54,408 nucleotides of DNA, taken from assembly GCA_023246005.1 (NCBI GenBank), contig JAHFJG010000008.1, positions 1 to 54,408 of the forward strand, given 5' to 3'. The stretch's first letter is position 1; each line of letters starts with the position of its first letter. The notes under the pieces are model-generated. The model ran no database searches, was not told the origin of the DNA, and saw only the letters and a program-made list of their open reading frames with translations. This document shows, in pieces, positions 1 through 8,571 of the stretch. This DNA comes from Candidatus Doudnabacteria bacterium. GTDB lineage: Bacteria > Patescibacteriota > Doudnabacteria > UBA920 > O2-02-FULL-48-8. The translations under genes and the position numbers were made by a program.

Positions 1-2
1 CA

Positions 3-935
3 GTTGCTCCTGAACTTTCGCGTCGTTATCAAATCACAGCCAAAGGCACAAACACCAACACACAAGTTTTGGGAACAAATAACAGTTATCCGACTGTCAG
101 AAATTTAACAATTGATACAGGTTCCTTCATCACAGACCAGCAAGTCCAAAATTCATCGAAAGTTGCAGTACTCGGCCCCACGACTCGCGATGATTTATTT
201 GGCGTTGGTTCAGATGCCATTGGCCAGACCATTAAAATCAATTCCATAAATTTTAAAGTCATAGGAGTTGCCAAATCCAAGGGTGGCAGCGGATTTTTCA
301 ATCAAGACGATATAATTTTTATTCCAATTTCTGTGTCTCAACATTATTTGGTCGGACCCAATGCTCAGGGACAAGATTACGTGACTACAATTAGTATTTC
401 AGCTGCCAATCCAGATGTCATGACTTCTGTTCAGTCACAAGTGACTGACTTGCTCCTGCAAAGACATAAAATTAGCGATCCAACTCAAACAGATTTTCAA
501 GTCCAAAACCAAGCTGACATTGTATCCGCAGCTTCCAGTGTCACCAATACATTTACCATTCTTCTGGCTTCCATCGCTGGAATTTCTCTCTTAGTAGGCG
601 GAATCGGAATCATGAATATGATGCTGACCACCGTCACAGAACGGACTCGCGAAATTGGACTGCGAAAGGCCATCGGCGCCACGCGGCATGATATTAACTT
701 TCAATTTTTGACTGAAGCAGTCATGCTAACTTTTTTAGGCGGCACAATCGGCATCATTCTTGGCTGGTTTGTATCATTTTTAGCCACTCGCTTGGCAGGC
801 ATTGCCACGCAAGTTAGCTTATCATCAGTCATTCTGGCCTTTGGCGTGTCGGCCACGATTGGCGTTGTCTTTGGATATTATCCAGCCCTTAGAGCCTCAA
901 AACTTAATCCAATTGAGGCCTTAAGGTTTGAATAA
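3..935 (+). CDS. ABC transporter permease, MacB/FtsX family (5' end outside window)
   Basis: The frame is open from the window edge. A MacB-like periplasmic core is followed by an FtsX-type TM bundle (GIMNMMLTTVTERTREIGLRKAIGA ... NPIEALRFE). Confidence 0.85.
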   Translation, partial: VAPELSRRYQITAKGTNTNTQVLGTNNSYPTVRNLTIDTGSFITDQQVQNSSKVAVLGPTTRDDLFGVGSDAIGQTIKINSINFKVIGVAKSKGGSGFFNQDDIIFIPISVSQHYLVGPNAQGQDYVTTISISAANPDVMTSVQSQVTDLLLQRHKISDPTQTDFQVQNQADIVSAASSVTNTFTILLASIAGISLLVGGIGIMNMMLTTVTERTREIGLRKAIGATRHDINFQFLTEAVMLTFLGGTIGIILGWFVSFLATRLAGIATQVSLSSVILAFGVSATIGVVFGYYPALRASKLNPIEALRFE

Positions 936-968
936 TTTATAATTAATAAATAATTAGAAAGGAGTAAC

Positions 969-1382
969 ATGGACAAGAAAAATATTATCATTGTTGTCGT
1001 GGTTGCATTAGTTGCCGGAGGACTTGGATTTTTCGGCGGTATGAAGTACGACCAATCCAAACGTGCATCAACCATTACCGCATTTCGAAATGGCGAGTTT
1101 GGTGGCCGCAACAACAACAGAGGCCAGAATGGCGGAGCCTTTGCCAATGGACAAATTATCGGCAAGGACGACAAAAGCGTTACAATTAAAATGCAGGATG
1201 GCAGTTCGAAGATTGTTTTCCTGGCCGACTCAACTCAAATTGGCAAATCCGTAACAGGAGCCGCGACTGATTTAACAACTGGCGAAAATGTTGTGGTCAA
1301 TGGCACAGCCAATTCTGACGGCAGCATTACCGCCCAGAATATCCAAATCAGACCAGCAATAACAAACCCGCCCGGACGATAA
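969..1382 (+). CDS. Hypothetical membrane-anchored protein
   Basis: An AAAGGAG SD lies 4 nt before the ATG. The protein has an N-terminal TM helix (IIIVVVVALVAGGLGFFGG), a G/N-rich linker and a beta-rich C-terminus. No family was recognised with confidence. Confidence 0.5.
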   Translation: MDKKNIIIVVVVALVAGGLGFFGGMKYDQSKRASTITAFRNGEFGGRNNNRGQNGGAFANGQIIGKDDKSVTIKMQDGSSKIVFLADSTQIGKSVTGAATDLTTGENVVVNGTANSDGSITAQNIQIRPAITNPPGR

Positions 1383-1432
1383 CTTGTTTTTTCGACAAAA
1401 AACAGATAACATAAAACAGTTAACCTTGTTTT

Positions 1433-2041
1433 ATGTCATTGCTCCCGAAATCAATCCAAAATTTAATCAACGAATTTTCCAAACTCCCAGGCATTGGACC
1501 CAAATCCGCCCAACGCCTGACTTTTTATTTGCTCAAAAATCCCAATATCGATTTACAAGCTTTTGCCACAGCCGTGGCTAATCTTCAGAAAGATCTGATT
1601 TATTGCTCGATTTGCTTTAACATGGCCCAAACCAATCCCTGCAAAATCTGCGCTGATAACAAAAGAGATCACAAGCTGATTTGTGTGGTCGAAGATGCTC
1701 TTGACGTGGTCGCTATGGATCAAATTTCTGACTTCAATGGAGTCTATCACGTCTTAGGCGGTGTTATTTCGCCGCTTGATGGCGTTGGCCCTGAAAATCT
1801 CAAAATTGCCGAATTGCTTCAGAGAGTGGGAAAATTAAATTCAGCAGAAATAATTTTAGCCACAAACCCATCGCTTGAAGGCGAGGCCACAGCTATGTAC
1901 ATTGCAAGACAACTCAAACAACCCCAATTTAAGCATGTCAAAATCACGCGTCTGGCCAGGGGCTTACCCCAAGGCGCTGATTTGGAATACGCAGATGAGT
2001 TTACGCTAAGCAAAGCCCTCGAGGGACGGAGAGAATATTAA
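1433..2041 (+). CDS. recR: Recombination protein RecR
   Basis: It has an HhH motif (LPGIGPKSAQRL), a C4 zinc finger (CSIC...CKIC) and a Toprim-like core. Confidence 0.93.
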   Translation: MSLLPKSIQNLINEFSKLPGIGPKSAQRLTFYLLKNPNIDLQAFATAVANLQKDLIYCSICFNMAQTNPCKICADNKRDHKLICVVEDALDVVAMDQISDFNGVYHVLGGVISPLDGVGPENLKIAELLQRVGKLNSAEIILATNPSLEGEATAMYIARQLKQPQFKHVKITRLARGLPQGADLEYADEFTLSKALEGRREY

Positions 2042-2231
2042 TTATCAGCATCACCCAGAAGCCAATAATTATTCAAACGATGTTGTATCCAGTACCAAGG
2101 AAACGTCTTAAATACTTAACCCAACTAGAAGCTTTCAATGTTGCACTTGCAGATTGAATGTACCTGAAAATCATAAGGCACCAGCTTTCACTGGTATCTT
2201 GTTTGCTGGATTAGAATGTTAAAATTATTGC

Positions 2232-2489
2232 TCAACCGTATAATTCTGAATGCGTGCCGATATCTAGGAAAATGGCAACTTCCGCGTTTTCTCTAAATAT
2301 TGCCCGATAATCTCCTGTAACATTAATGCTTCGACAATTAGTATAAGCCTGATCAACGGAATGGTTATTTAGAATCGCATTAAACTTATTTGCTGCAAAC
2401 AACTCTGCCCTTTCATAAAACTGTTTTCTAATTTTTGGAGGTAATTTCTTAAAGTTCTTCTTAAAACTTTTATGCAATACTACTTCCAT
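2232..2489 (-). CDS. Type II toxin, RelE/YafQ/ParE superfamily
   Basis: The 85-aa product has a C-terminus (GDYRAIF...GTHSELYG) typical of RelE/YafQ-like mRNA interferases. A 1-nt gap separates it from the upstream antitoxin ORF. Confidence 0.8.
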   Translation of the reverse strand: MEVVLHKSFKKNFKKLPPKIRKQFYERAELFAANKFNAILNNHSVDQAYTNCRSINVTGDYRAIFRENAEVAIFLDIGTHSELYG

Positions 2490-2490
2490 G

Positions 2491-2766
2491 CTATTTTTCT
2501 AAATATTTTTTCATTTCCGCAACAGTTTTAAAAGCTGGTGAAAGATTTCTATTTGCCTCGATATCCTTGATTGCAGCGTTAATTTCACGACGCGTTTTTG
2601 CGTTAAATTCTTCTCTTTCAACTATAGCAATATTAAGTTGGCCTTCCACAAAGGCCTTAGTAGCAAGTTTCAGAACCGAGGCAAAGGCAATGCCCTGATT
2701 TTGGGCTTTTTTCATAGCTTTGTCTTTGAGATTTTTATCGATTTTAAAAATAACTTGAGTAGTCAT
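2491..2766 (-). CDS. Type II antitoxin, RelB/DinJ-like (ribbon-helix-helix)
   Basis: The 91-aa product has an N-terminus (VIFKIDKNLKDKAMKKAQNQGIAFASVLK) resembling the DinJ/RelB RHH. It lies directly upstream of the toxin. Confidence 0.75.
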   Translation of the reverse strand: MTTQVIFKIDKNLKDKAMKKAQNQGIAFASVLKLATKAFVEGQLNIAIVEREEFNAKTRREINAAIKDIEANRNLSPAFKTVAEMKKYLEK

Positions 2767-2801
2767 ACGTTTGTGGACATTTAATAATAATTACCATATA
2801 T

Positions 2802-2830
2802 ATAATATATAACTTAAAACTATATGTCAA
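2802..2830 (-). promoter_or_regulatory. Candidate sigma70-type promoter of the toxin-antitoxin operon
   Basis: On the minus strand TTGACA (2830-2825) is followed by a 17-nt spacer and TATTAT (2807-2802). The -35 is fused to the U-tract of the rplU terminator. Confidence 0.5.
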
Positions 2831-2851
2831 AAGAGCCCAATCGGGCTCTTA
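2827..2851 (-). terminator. Intrinsic terminator of rplU
   Basis: On the minus strand AGAGCCC-GAUU-GGGCUCU is followed by UUUUG. The stem includes the rplU stop codon. Confidence 0.6.
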
Positions 2852-3157
2852 ACTGATAGTTTCTATTTCCACAACTGTCTCTGCTTGTCTATGGCCTTGC
2901 TTTCTTCGATAACGAGACTTAGCACGGTATTTGAAAACAACCAGTTTCTCGCCTCTTTGCTGGACTAAAACTTTTCCTGTGACTTTAGATCCTGAAACAT
3001 AAGGCTTACCTAGACTAATGTTATGCTCATCAGTCACAAGCAAAACTTTATCAAAAGTTACAGTGTCGCCAGCATTGGCCGCTAGCTTTTCGATTATGAG
3101 TTTGTCTTTCGGGGCAACTAAGTACTGCTTGCCGCCGGTTTCAATCACTGCTTGCAT
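2849..3157 (-). CDS. rplU: 50S ribosomal protein L21
   Basis: The 102-aa product has the canonical L21 N-terminus MQAVIETGGKQYLV. No rpmA follows it. Confidence 0.95.
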   Translation of the reverse strand: MQAVIETGGKQYLVAPKDKLIIEKLAANAGDTVTFDKVLLVTDEHNISLGKPYVSGSKVTGKVLVQQRGEKLVVFKYRAKSRYRRKQGHRQAETVVEIETIS

Positions 3158-3164
3158 GAAAATA

Positions 3165-3193
3165 AGTTTAACAAAAATTAATTATTTGGTCAA
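3165..3193 (-). promoter_or_regulatory. rplU promoter (predicts a leaderless mRNA)
   Basis: TTGACC (3193-3188) is followed by a 17-nt spacer and TAAACT (3170-3165). Only 7 nt separate the -10 from the ATG at 3157. Confidence 0.55.
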
Positions 3194-3340
3194 CCCCGTA
3201 TATCAACATCGATAATGGTTTTTAATTGCTTTTGCTTATAACCTTTGTTATTTATTATTGTTTAACGTTAATTAGTAAATTAAAAAATTTAGTTAGAAAA
3301 ACCATTTAAAAGGCAAAAGCATCGATGTTGTATTACGGGG
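3194..3340. repeat. Palindromic ~145-nt intergenic element, copy 1
   Basis: The 20-nt arms are CCCCGTATATCAACATCGAT (3194-3213) and ATCGATGTTGTATTACGGGG (3321-3340). Inner pairs are AATGGTTTTT/AAAAACCATT and GCTTTTGC/GCAAAAGC in crossed order. It is homologous to 35392-35532. Confidence 0.6.
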
Positions 3341-3785
3341 TCAACATCACGCTATCTCCAACCTTAATTTTATTCTTCTCACTCCAGCCGGCGTTAACTT
3401 CGACAACGCTATCAATGTCTTCATTAGGCACATAAGTTTGCAGAGGCAAAACCGGCACATTCGGCGTAATTTCAACAACCTTGGCGTTTCGAACCCAAAT
3501 AAAATCCAGTGGAAATTTCATATCTTTCATCCAAAAACCATACTTGTCTGGATTTGAAAAGACAAATAGCATAGCATCATTTTCCGCCAATGAATCGCGG
3601 CCAGACAACCCTTGTGTCCGCGCTGCCTGGGTGTCTGCAACTTGGATATTTAAAACATGTCCACCGATGATTAGGGTATTTTTCTTATTGCAAGCCGCAG
3701 CAAAAAAGGTTAAAGATAACAAAACTAAAAGAATCTTATAATTCCTTATTCCTAATTCTTTATTCCTAATTCCTATATTATTCAT
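3333..3785 (-). CDS. DUF192-family protein, probable lipoprotein
   Basis: The start was chosen at ATG 3785 (signal ...LSLTFFAAAC). GLSGR...MLFVF...GFWMKDMKFPLDFIWV matches DUF192/COG1430. Confidence 0.75.
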   Translation of the reverse strand: MNNIGIRNKELGIRNYKILLVLLSLTFFAAACNKKNTLIIGGHVLNIQVADTQAARTQGLSGRDSLAENDAMLFVFSNPDKYGFWMKDMKFPLDFIWVRNAKVVEITPNVPVLPLQTYVPNEDIDSVVEVNAGWSEKNKIKVGDSVMLTP

Positions 3786-4824
3786 AATTCTTTTTTTCTT
3801 TATATGCTGAAAAAATTGATGCAAAAATCGCCAGCATGACTAAAAACAAAATGACTAGCGCAAATAATTTGCCTCGGGATTGCAAAAACAATGCTGACAC
3901 GCCAAAAATACCGGTTAAAACATATAAAAATATGACAGCTTGGGGTTGACTAAATCCAATTTCAAGCAATTTGAAATGCAAATGCTTGCGATCCCCGCCA
4001 AACGGTGATTGCCGTCGAGCCAGCCTTAGTCCAACCACCCAAATCATATCAAGCAAGGGAATTCCCATAATCAAAAGAGTGGTTGCGATTTTTCCCCCGG
4101 AAACAATGGACAGCACTGCCAGCATGAAGCCGGCCAGAGTCGAGCCGCCCTCGCCCAAATAAATTTTGGCCGGGTAAAAATTCAAAATCAGAAATCCCAG
4201 CAGGCTTCCGGCAAACGTAATGGCCAAAAACGCAGTTTGCGGTTGAGCAACTTGAGGAGTCAGAGATAAACCAAACAAAACCAAAGCGCCGATCACGGAA
4301 ATACCGGTAACTAATCCATCCATGCCATCCAACAACTTAGTCGTATATGTCATGGTCATAGTCCAGGCAAAAACTATTACACCGGAAATCAAAGGAGTTA
4401 ACAAAATCACAGAATTATTCAGAGGATTATGAATGCTCACAGCGCTAACTCCAGACGTCACAAGGACTAGACTTGCCATGGTCGGAAAAATAATAGAATA
4501 TTTGGCAGGCAGTCGATAGCGATCGTCAAGGTACCCTCCAATCATGAGAATCATGCCGCCAATCCAAATTCCCAATAAAACCTTAATGGGGATATTGCCT
4601 GTAAGCAAATAGCCGCCAAGGAGCCCTAAGCCAAAACTGACCAAAAAGAAGCTGGCGAAAATCGCGATTCCGCCAAGTGTCGGTGTGGCTTGTTTATGGA
4701 ATCGCCTCTCATCATCCGGCAGATCCAGAATCTTTCGCTTAACAGCAATTCTCGAAACTATAAAGGTTCCGACAAATGAAATGACAAAGGCTAGTGTAAA
4801 TGAGGCAAAATAAATCAAACGCAT
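3778..4824 (-). CDS. Glycosyltransferase family 4 (WecA/MraY-like polyprenyl-phosphate sugar-1-phosphate transferase)
   Basis: This polytopic membrane protein has the motifs LDDRYRL, LDGMDGL and NFYPAKIYLGEGGS. Confidence 0.85.
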   Translation of the reverse strand: MRLIYFASFTLAFVISFVGTFIVSRIAVKRKILDLPDDERRFHKQATPTLGGIAIFASFFLVSFGLGLLGGYLLTGNIPIKVLLGIWIGGMILMIGGYLDDRYRLPAKYSIIFPTMASLVLVTSGVSAVSIHNPLNNSVILLTPLISGVIVFAWTMTMTYTTKLLDGMDGLVTGISVIGALVLFGLSLTPQVAQPQTAFLAITFAGSLLGFLILNFYPAKIYLGEGGSTLAGFMLAVLSIVSGGKIATTLLIMGIPLLDMIWVVGLRLARRQSPFGGDRKHLHFKLLEIGFSQPQAVIFLYVLTGIFGVSALFLQSRGKLFALVILFLVMLAIFASIFSAYKEKKNYE

Positions 4825-4830
4825 AACTTT

Positions 4831-6477
4831 CTAATTTCTTATTACTGCGGGTTCCGAAAGTTCAACGGCGTGCTTGCGAATTTTCGGTGTGACATAAAAC
4901 TCCATATATTTGCCCAGCATCATACGGGTTTGCGCATCAATCGCAGGAAAAGATCCAAACACGCTCGACACAATTGGAGAAAAAATCCACTGCCAAACCA
5001 TAGAAAAAGATTTCCAGCGGCTGTATTCTTTTGGCCGAGGCGGCAGCAAGACAATATTGACATACATGGAAAAAATTAGGAAAAAAGTCGCAATGCTCAT
5101 TATAGCCTTAGTCAACACGGGTAAATTAAGGGCCAAAACCGTGGCGCCAAATCTAGCACCTCCAAAAACTAATGGCAGCCAACCTAAAACTGCAATCATG
5201 ATTGAAGCGGTGGCCCAAAAATAATGTCCTTCGAATAATCTTTCTCCCCAAACAAATTTTTTCCAGAACGGAATTTTTTTATTTTTGATAAGTTCCGGAA
5301 TAACCATAGGAATTTCCGTACATCCCCACGCCCACCGCCGCTTCTGTTTGTATTGGGCGACTAAAGTGCCGAGGTAACTGCTGCCTAGCACGGCATCCAT
5401 TGAAACGGGACTGTATAAAGGCTTGCTTCGATAATCTCCGTTAAAGTAAAGAAAACACTGCCAAAAAATGTGGGAATCATCTGGGATAATATCCGTTCGC
5501 CAAAAATTCACATCCACTAAAGTTTTAAAACTCATGGCATGAGAAGAAAACGTAATCAGCCGATCTGGCCTGGAAGCCTCGACTAATTGCCAAAAAGACG
5601 ATGAAATGGCAATAACCCTGGCCACAGCCGGTGTATCCCAAATATTATTGTGATACATAGGCATTGGCTGATAGCTTGATTGCAATGGTTTTTTGGCAGT
5701 CAGAAAATCGTAAGCCAGATGAGCAAAATAATTTGAAGCAACTGTGGTGTCAGAATCAAAGGCCGATATAATCACATTTTCATATGGAATCTGAAGCTCG
5801 TCTAAAAACTTTTGCGCCTGATGCGCGGCAAAGGTAAGATTGGCGCCTTTCACCTTTGCTTCCCCCTCGATTCCGTCTGGATGCACAGAAACTATAAATT
5901 TTAAAAACTTACTGCTGTATTTTTCATAAAGCAATCGGGCATTCTGCTGGGCAACTTCTCCGCCACGTTCTTCTGCGGCCAGCATGAAAATGATTTTGGA
6001 ATGATCATAATTCGCGCTGGCGCAAGATGAAACTGAACTTTCCAAAACTTCCAAACTTTCCTTGACTGTAGTTAAAATGATAATATGATATAATTTCCGC
6101 CAGTCAAAATTTCTATCTTTCGGAAGACTCAAGAGATTATCAAGCTGCCGTTTATATAACCGTCCAAAATTTTTGTTCGGCTGATTTACAAGCAATCCAG
6201 ACAAATAATTTATAAACTCGTCGGGTTGTTTCAGTTTCTCAAGCCACAAGGACCAATCAATTTGATTGTGCATTTTCAGCTCAAAGTACGAATACATCAA
6301 ATGAATGGCGACATTGCCGCCTTTCAAAAACCAATATAGATCAAACAGAATAATATAAATGGAAATCCAGACTGGGTGAAAATATGCCAAAAACGGCGAG
6401 CCGAGTAGCGTCGCCCATGTAAGCGTGCCTGGAAAAATTTCCAGAAATCTGACAAAAAAAGTTTTGTTAGCTTTCAT
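4831..6477 (-). CDS. Membrane-embedded family 2 glycosyltransferase (processive type)
   Basis: A GT-A core has AFDSDT and a Q-x-x-RW motif (QYKQKRRWAWG), flanked by TM helices. Confidence 0.8.
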   Translation of the reverse strand: MKANKTFFVRFLEIFPGTLTWATLLGSPFLAYFHPVWISIYIILFDLYWFLKGGNVAIHLMYSYFELKMHNQIDWSLWLEKLKQPDEFINYLSGLLVNQPNKNFGRLYKRQLDNLLSLPKDRNFDWRKLYHIIILTTVKESLEVLESSVSSCASANYDHSKIIFMLAAEERGGEVAQQNARLLYEKYSSKFLKFIVSVHPDGIEGEAKVKGANLTFAAHQAQKFLDELQIPYENVIISAFDSDTTVASNYFAHLAYDFLTAKKPLQSSYQPMPMYHNNIWDTPAVARVIAISSSFWQLVEASRPDRLITFSSHAMSFKTLVDVNFWRTDIIPDDSHIFWQCFLYFNGDYRSKPLYSPVSMDAVLGSSYLGTLVAQYKQKRRWAWGCTEIPMVIPELIKNKKIPFWKKFVWGERLFEGHYFWATASIMIAVLGWLPLVFGGARFGATVLALNLPVLTKAIMSIATFFLIFSMYVNIVLLPPRPKEYSRWKSFSMVWQWIFSPIVSSVFGSFPAIDAQTRMMLGKYMEFYVTPKIRKHAVELSEPAVIRN

Positions 6478-6847
6478 TCGCGATGATTAAAACAAGACTG
6501 GCCGCCAAAAAAATTAATTGGATTGCGACAGAAGCAATGTTTAAAAAATAAGATGCCAACTTTTCTTTTTTGTAAAAAAAACTAGCTACTAAAGCATTAA
6601 TCAAAAGCAAAATCAAAGCGACAAAAGGGATCAAATATATATACGTGCTTTTGCCCACAAGATCAGAGCCATAGACAACATTATAATGCAAAAGAATATA
6701 TCTATTTCCCGGCTTAATCTTGATGTATAATATTACCCAATGTATAATATTTATAAGCAAACAAATCCCCAAACTAACGGAGTTTAGCGGATCCGCAACA
6801 AACGACTTTTTTGAGGACAAAACCTCATTTAGTTTCGTGATAAACAT
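6467..6847 (-). CDS. Hypothetical integral membrane protein
   Basis: The start was chosen at ATG 6847 (MFITKL...) to avoid overlapping the divergent GT39 gene. The product has 3-4 TM helices. The stop overlaps the GT2 start. Confidence 0.45.
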   Translation of the reverse strand: MFITKLNEVLSSKKSFVADPLNSVSLGICLLINIIHWVILYIKIKPGNRYILLHYNVVYGSDLVGKSTYIYLIPFVALILLLINALVASFFYKKEKLASYFLNIASVAIQLIFLAASLVLIIANES

Positions 6848-6953
6848 TGGGCTTATTATACCTTTTTTGACACAAATTTTCAACCATGAAATTTTACCCC
6901 CACACCAAAGTTTTTTACAACAATTATATGATATTGAATCAATTTTGTTACTT

Positions 6954-8564
6954 ATGAATGAACGAAAAAATTCTAAATCCAGTTTGGTGTGGGGGTTAAT
7001 TAAATCCAACTGGGCGCTGCTTGTAATTTTAGCCCTCGCGCTTTTTTTTCGGTTCTGGCAAATCAATCATCTGCCGGGCGGATTGTTTCCGGATGAAGCG
7101 GCCAACGGACTGGATGTCAATTCGATTTTTCGTGGCCATATCCAGCCTTTTTTTGAGCGCGGCAATGGCCGGGAAGCCCTGTTTTTCTATTTTGAAGCGT
7201 TATCAGTTTTATTTTTTGGACGCGGTGTTTGGCAATTCCACATTGTTTCGGCTGCTTTTGGTTTTGCGTCAGTGGTTGCAATATACTTTTTGGCCAAACG
7301 GATGTTCGGCAAGCGAACTGCCTTGTTGGCCTCGTTCTTCCTGGCTGTCTCAAGTTACGCTGTCACAGTCACCAGAACGGCTTTTCGGGCCACCACCGTG
7401 CCGCTGATTTCAACCTTGACGATTTTCTTTTTAGTTAAATTTTTTCAGGCCAAGGATACCAAATCCAAATATTGGTCAGCAGCGTTAGCAGGATTATTCT
7501 TTGGTTTAGGTTTTTATACTTACACTTCCTTCCGCATGATGCTGCCATTAGTAGTCGGATTTTTGTTTTTGTTATTTTTAGGATTCCGAAACCAATGGAA
7601 AGAACTGTTCCGGCAGTATTCTAAATATAAGTTAGTTTTTGCCGCCGCATTTTTAATCACAATTTCCTGGATTACAATTTATTTCATCCATCACCCAAAG
7701 AGTTTTGTCGGCCGCGCTGGTCAAATTTCTGTTTTTAGCAAGGATTTGAATCATGGCGATTTGATCGGTACTGTAGTTGATGTTTTCAAAAAAACTATTT
7801 TGAGCTTTTTTACGCAAGGTGATCTTAATTGGCGCCAGAATGTTTCTGGTTTTCCCTTCCTTTCCCCATTCATCAGCGTGTTTTTTGCCCTAGCCCTGAT
7901 TACGTTTACGATTGGAATATTTCGCCTCCTCAAGCAAATTTGGCAACAAAACATTGAAGAAAAAACTTTTTATCAAGCCTTGGTTGGCTGCTGGTTTTGG
8001 TTTATGCTGGTGCCGGAAATCACAACGGCCGAAGGAATTCCCCATGGCTTACGGCTGACTGGCGTGATTGCTCCTATGTTTATTCTGACAGCCTGGGGAG
8101 TTAATTGGCTTTGGGAAAAAATGCCGCATCATCCGCATATTAAATTCGAAAAATTGCTTTTCGCCACAATATTTTTCTCTGCCATAGTTGTTTATAATTT
8201 CGCACTTTACTTTGGCGTGGCTGCCTCCTCGGCTGAAAATTATTACGCATTTCGATCGGACCTGACTGATGTCAGTAATTACTTAAATCAGCGAAATTTG
8301 AAAGATCGGACTTATCTTTCGCTTGATAAATTTTCTGTTCAAACAACTGAGTACCTGACCACTGATACTAACCAGCCGTATATCTTGGTAGATCCTGCGC
8401 ACACTTATGAAGTTAAACTTAAAAAAACCGATCAGGTGATATTTACTGAAAGCACGCTATTTGATCGTGAAAAATTTCTGCAATACCATCCAACAGCAAA
8501 GCTTGTCCGCGTAGACCGCAATCAATTCGGACAAATTATTATGTTAGTTTACGAGCAGCCGTGA
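6954..8564 (+). CDS. Glycosyltransferase family 39 / ArnT-PMT-like membrane protein
   Basis: The start was chosen at ATG 6954. The first loop carries DE (GGLFPDEAANGLD), followed by about 12 TM helices and a soluble C-terminal domain. Confidence 0.8.
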   Translation: MNERKNSKSSLVWGLIKSNWALLVILALALFFRFWQINHLPGGLFPDEAANGLDVNSIFRGHIQPFFERGNGREALFFYFEALSVLFFGRGVWQFHIVSAAFGFASVVAIYFLAKRMFGKRTALLASFFLAVSSYAVTVTRTAFRATTVPLISTLTIFFLVKFFQAKDTKSKYWSAALAGLFFGLGFYTYTSFRMMLPLVVGFLFLLFLGFRNQWKELFRQYSKYKLVFAAAFLITISWITIYFIHHPKSFVGRAGQISVFSKDLNHGDLIGTVVDVFKKTILSFFTQGDLNWRQNVSGFPFLSPFISVFFALALITFTIGIFRLLKQIWQQNIEEKTFYQALVGCWFWFMLVPEITTAEGIPHGLRLTGVIAPMFILTAWGVNWLWEKMPHHPHIKFEKLLFATIFFSAIVVYNFALYFGVAASSAENYYAFRSDLTDVSNYLNQRNLKDRTYLSLDKFSVQTTEYLTTDTNQPYILVDPAHTYEVKLKKTDQVIFTESTLFDREKFLQYHPTAKLVRVDRNQFGQIIMLVYEQP

Positions 8565-8571
8565 ATTCCGG

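Noticed and set aside
3188-3345. Target-site duplication around palindromic element copy 1 (GTTGACC on both flanks, read on the minus strand) might be proof that it is a MITE.
   Set aside because: The boundary is ambiguous, with a duplication of anywhere between 4 and 7 nt. One TTGACC is simply the rplU -35 and the other encodes the DUF192 C-terminus. Copy 2 shows no flanking duplication. No transposase is present. The MITE hypothesis is kept open but is not supported.
6720-7066. The long divergent ORFs 6467-7066(-) and 6720-8564(+) overlap by about 350 nt.
   Set aside because: Internal ATG starts at 6847 (-) and 6954 (+) remove the overlap and give sensible N-termini. The extended N-terminal regions are low-complexity and are read antisense to each other.
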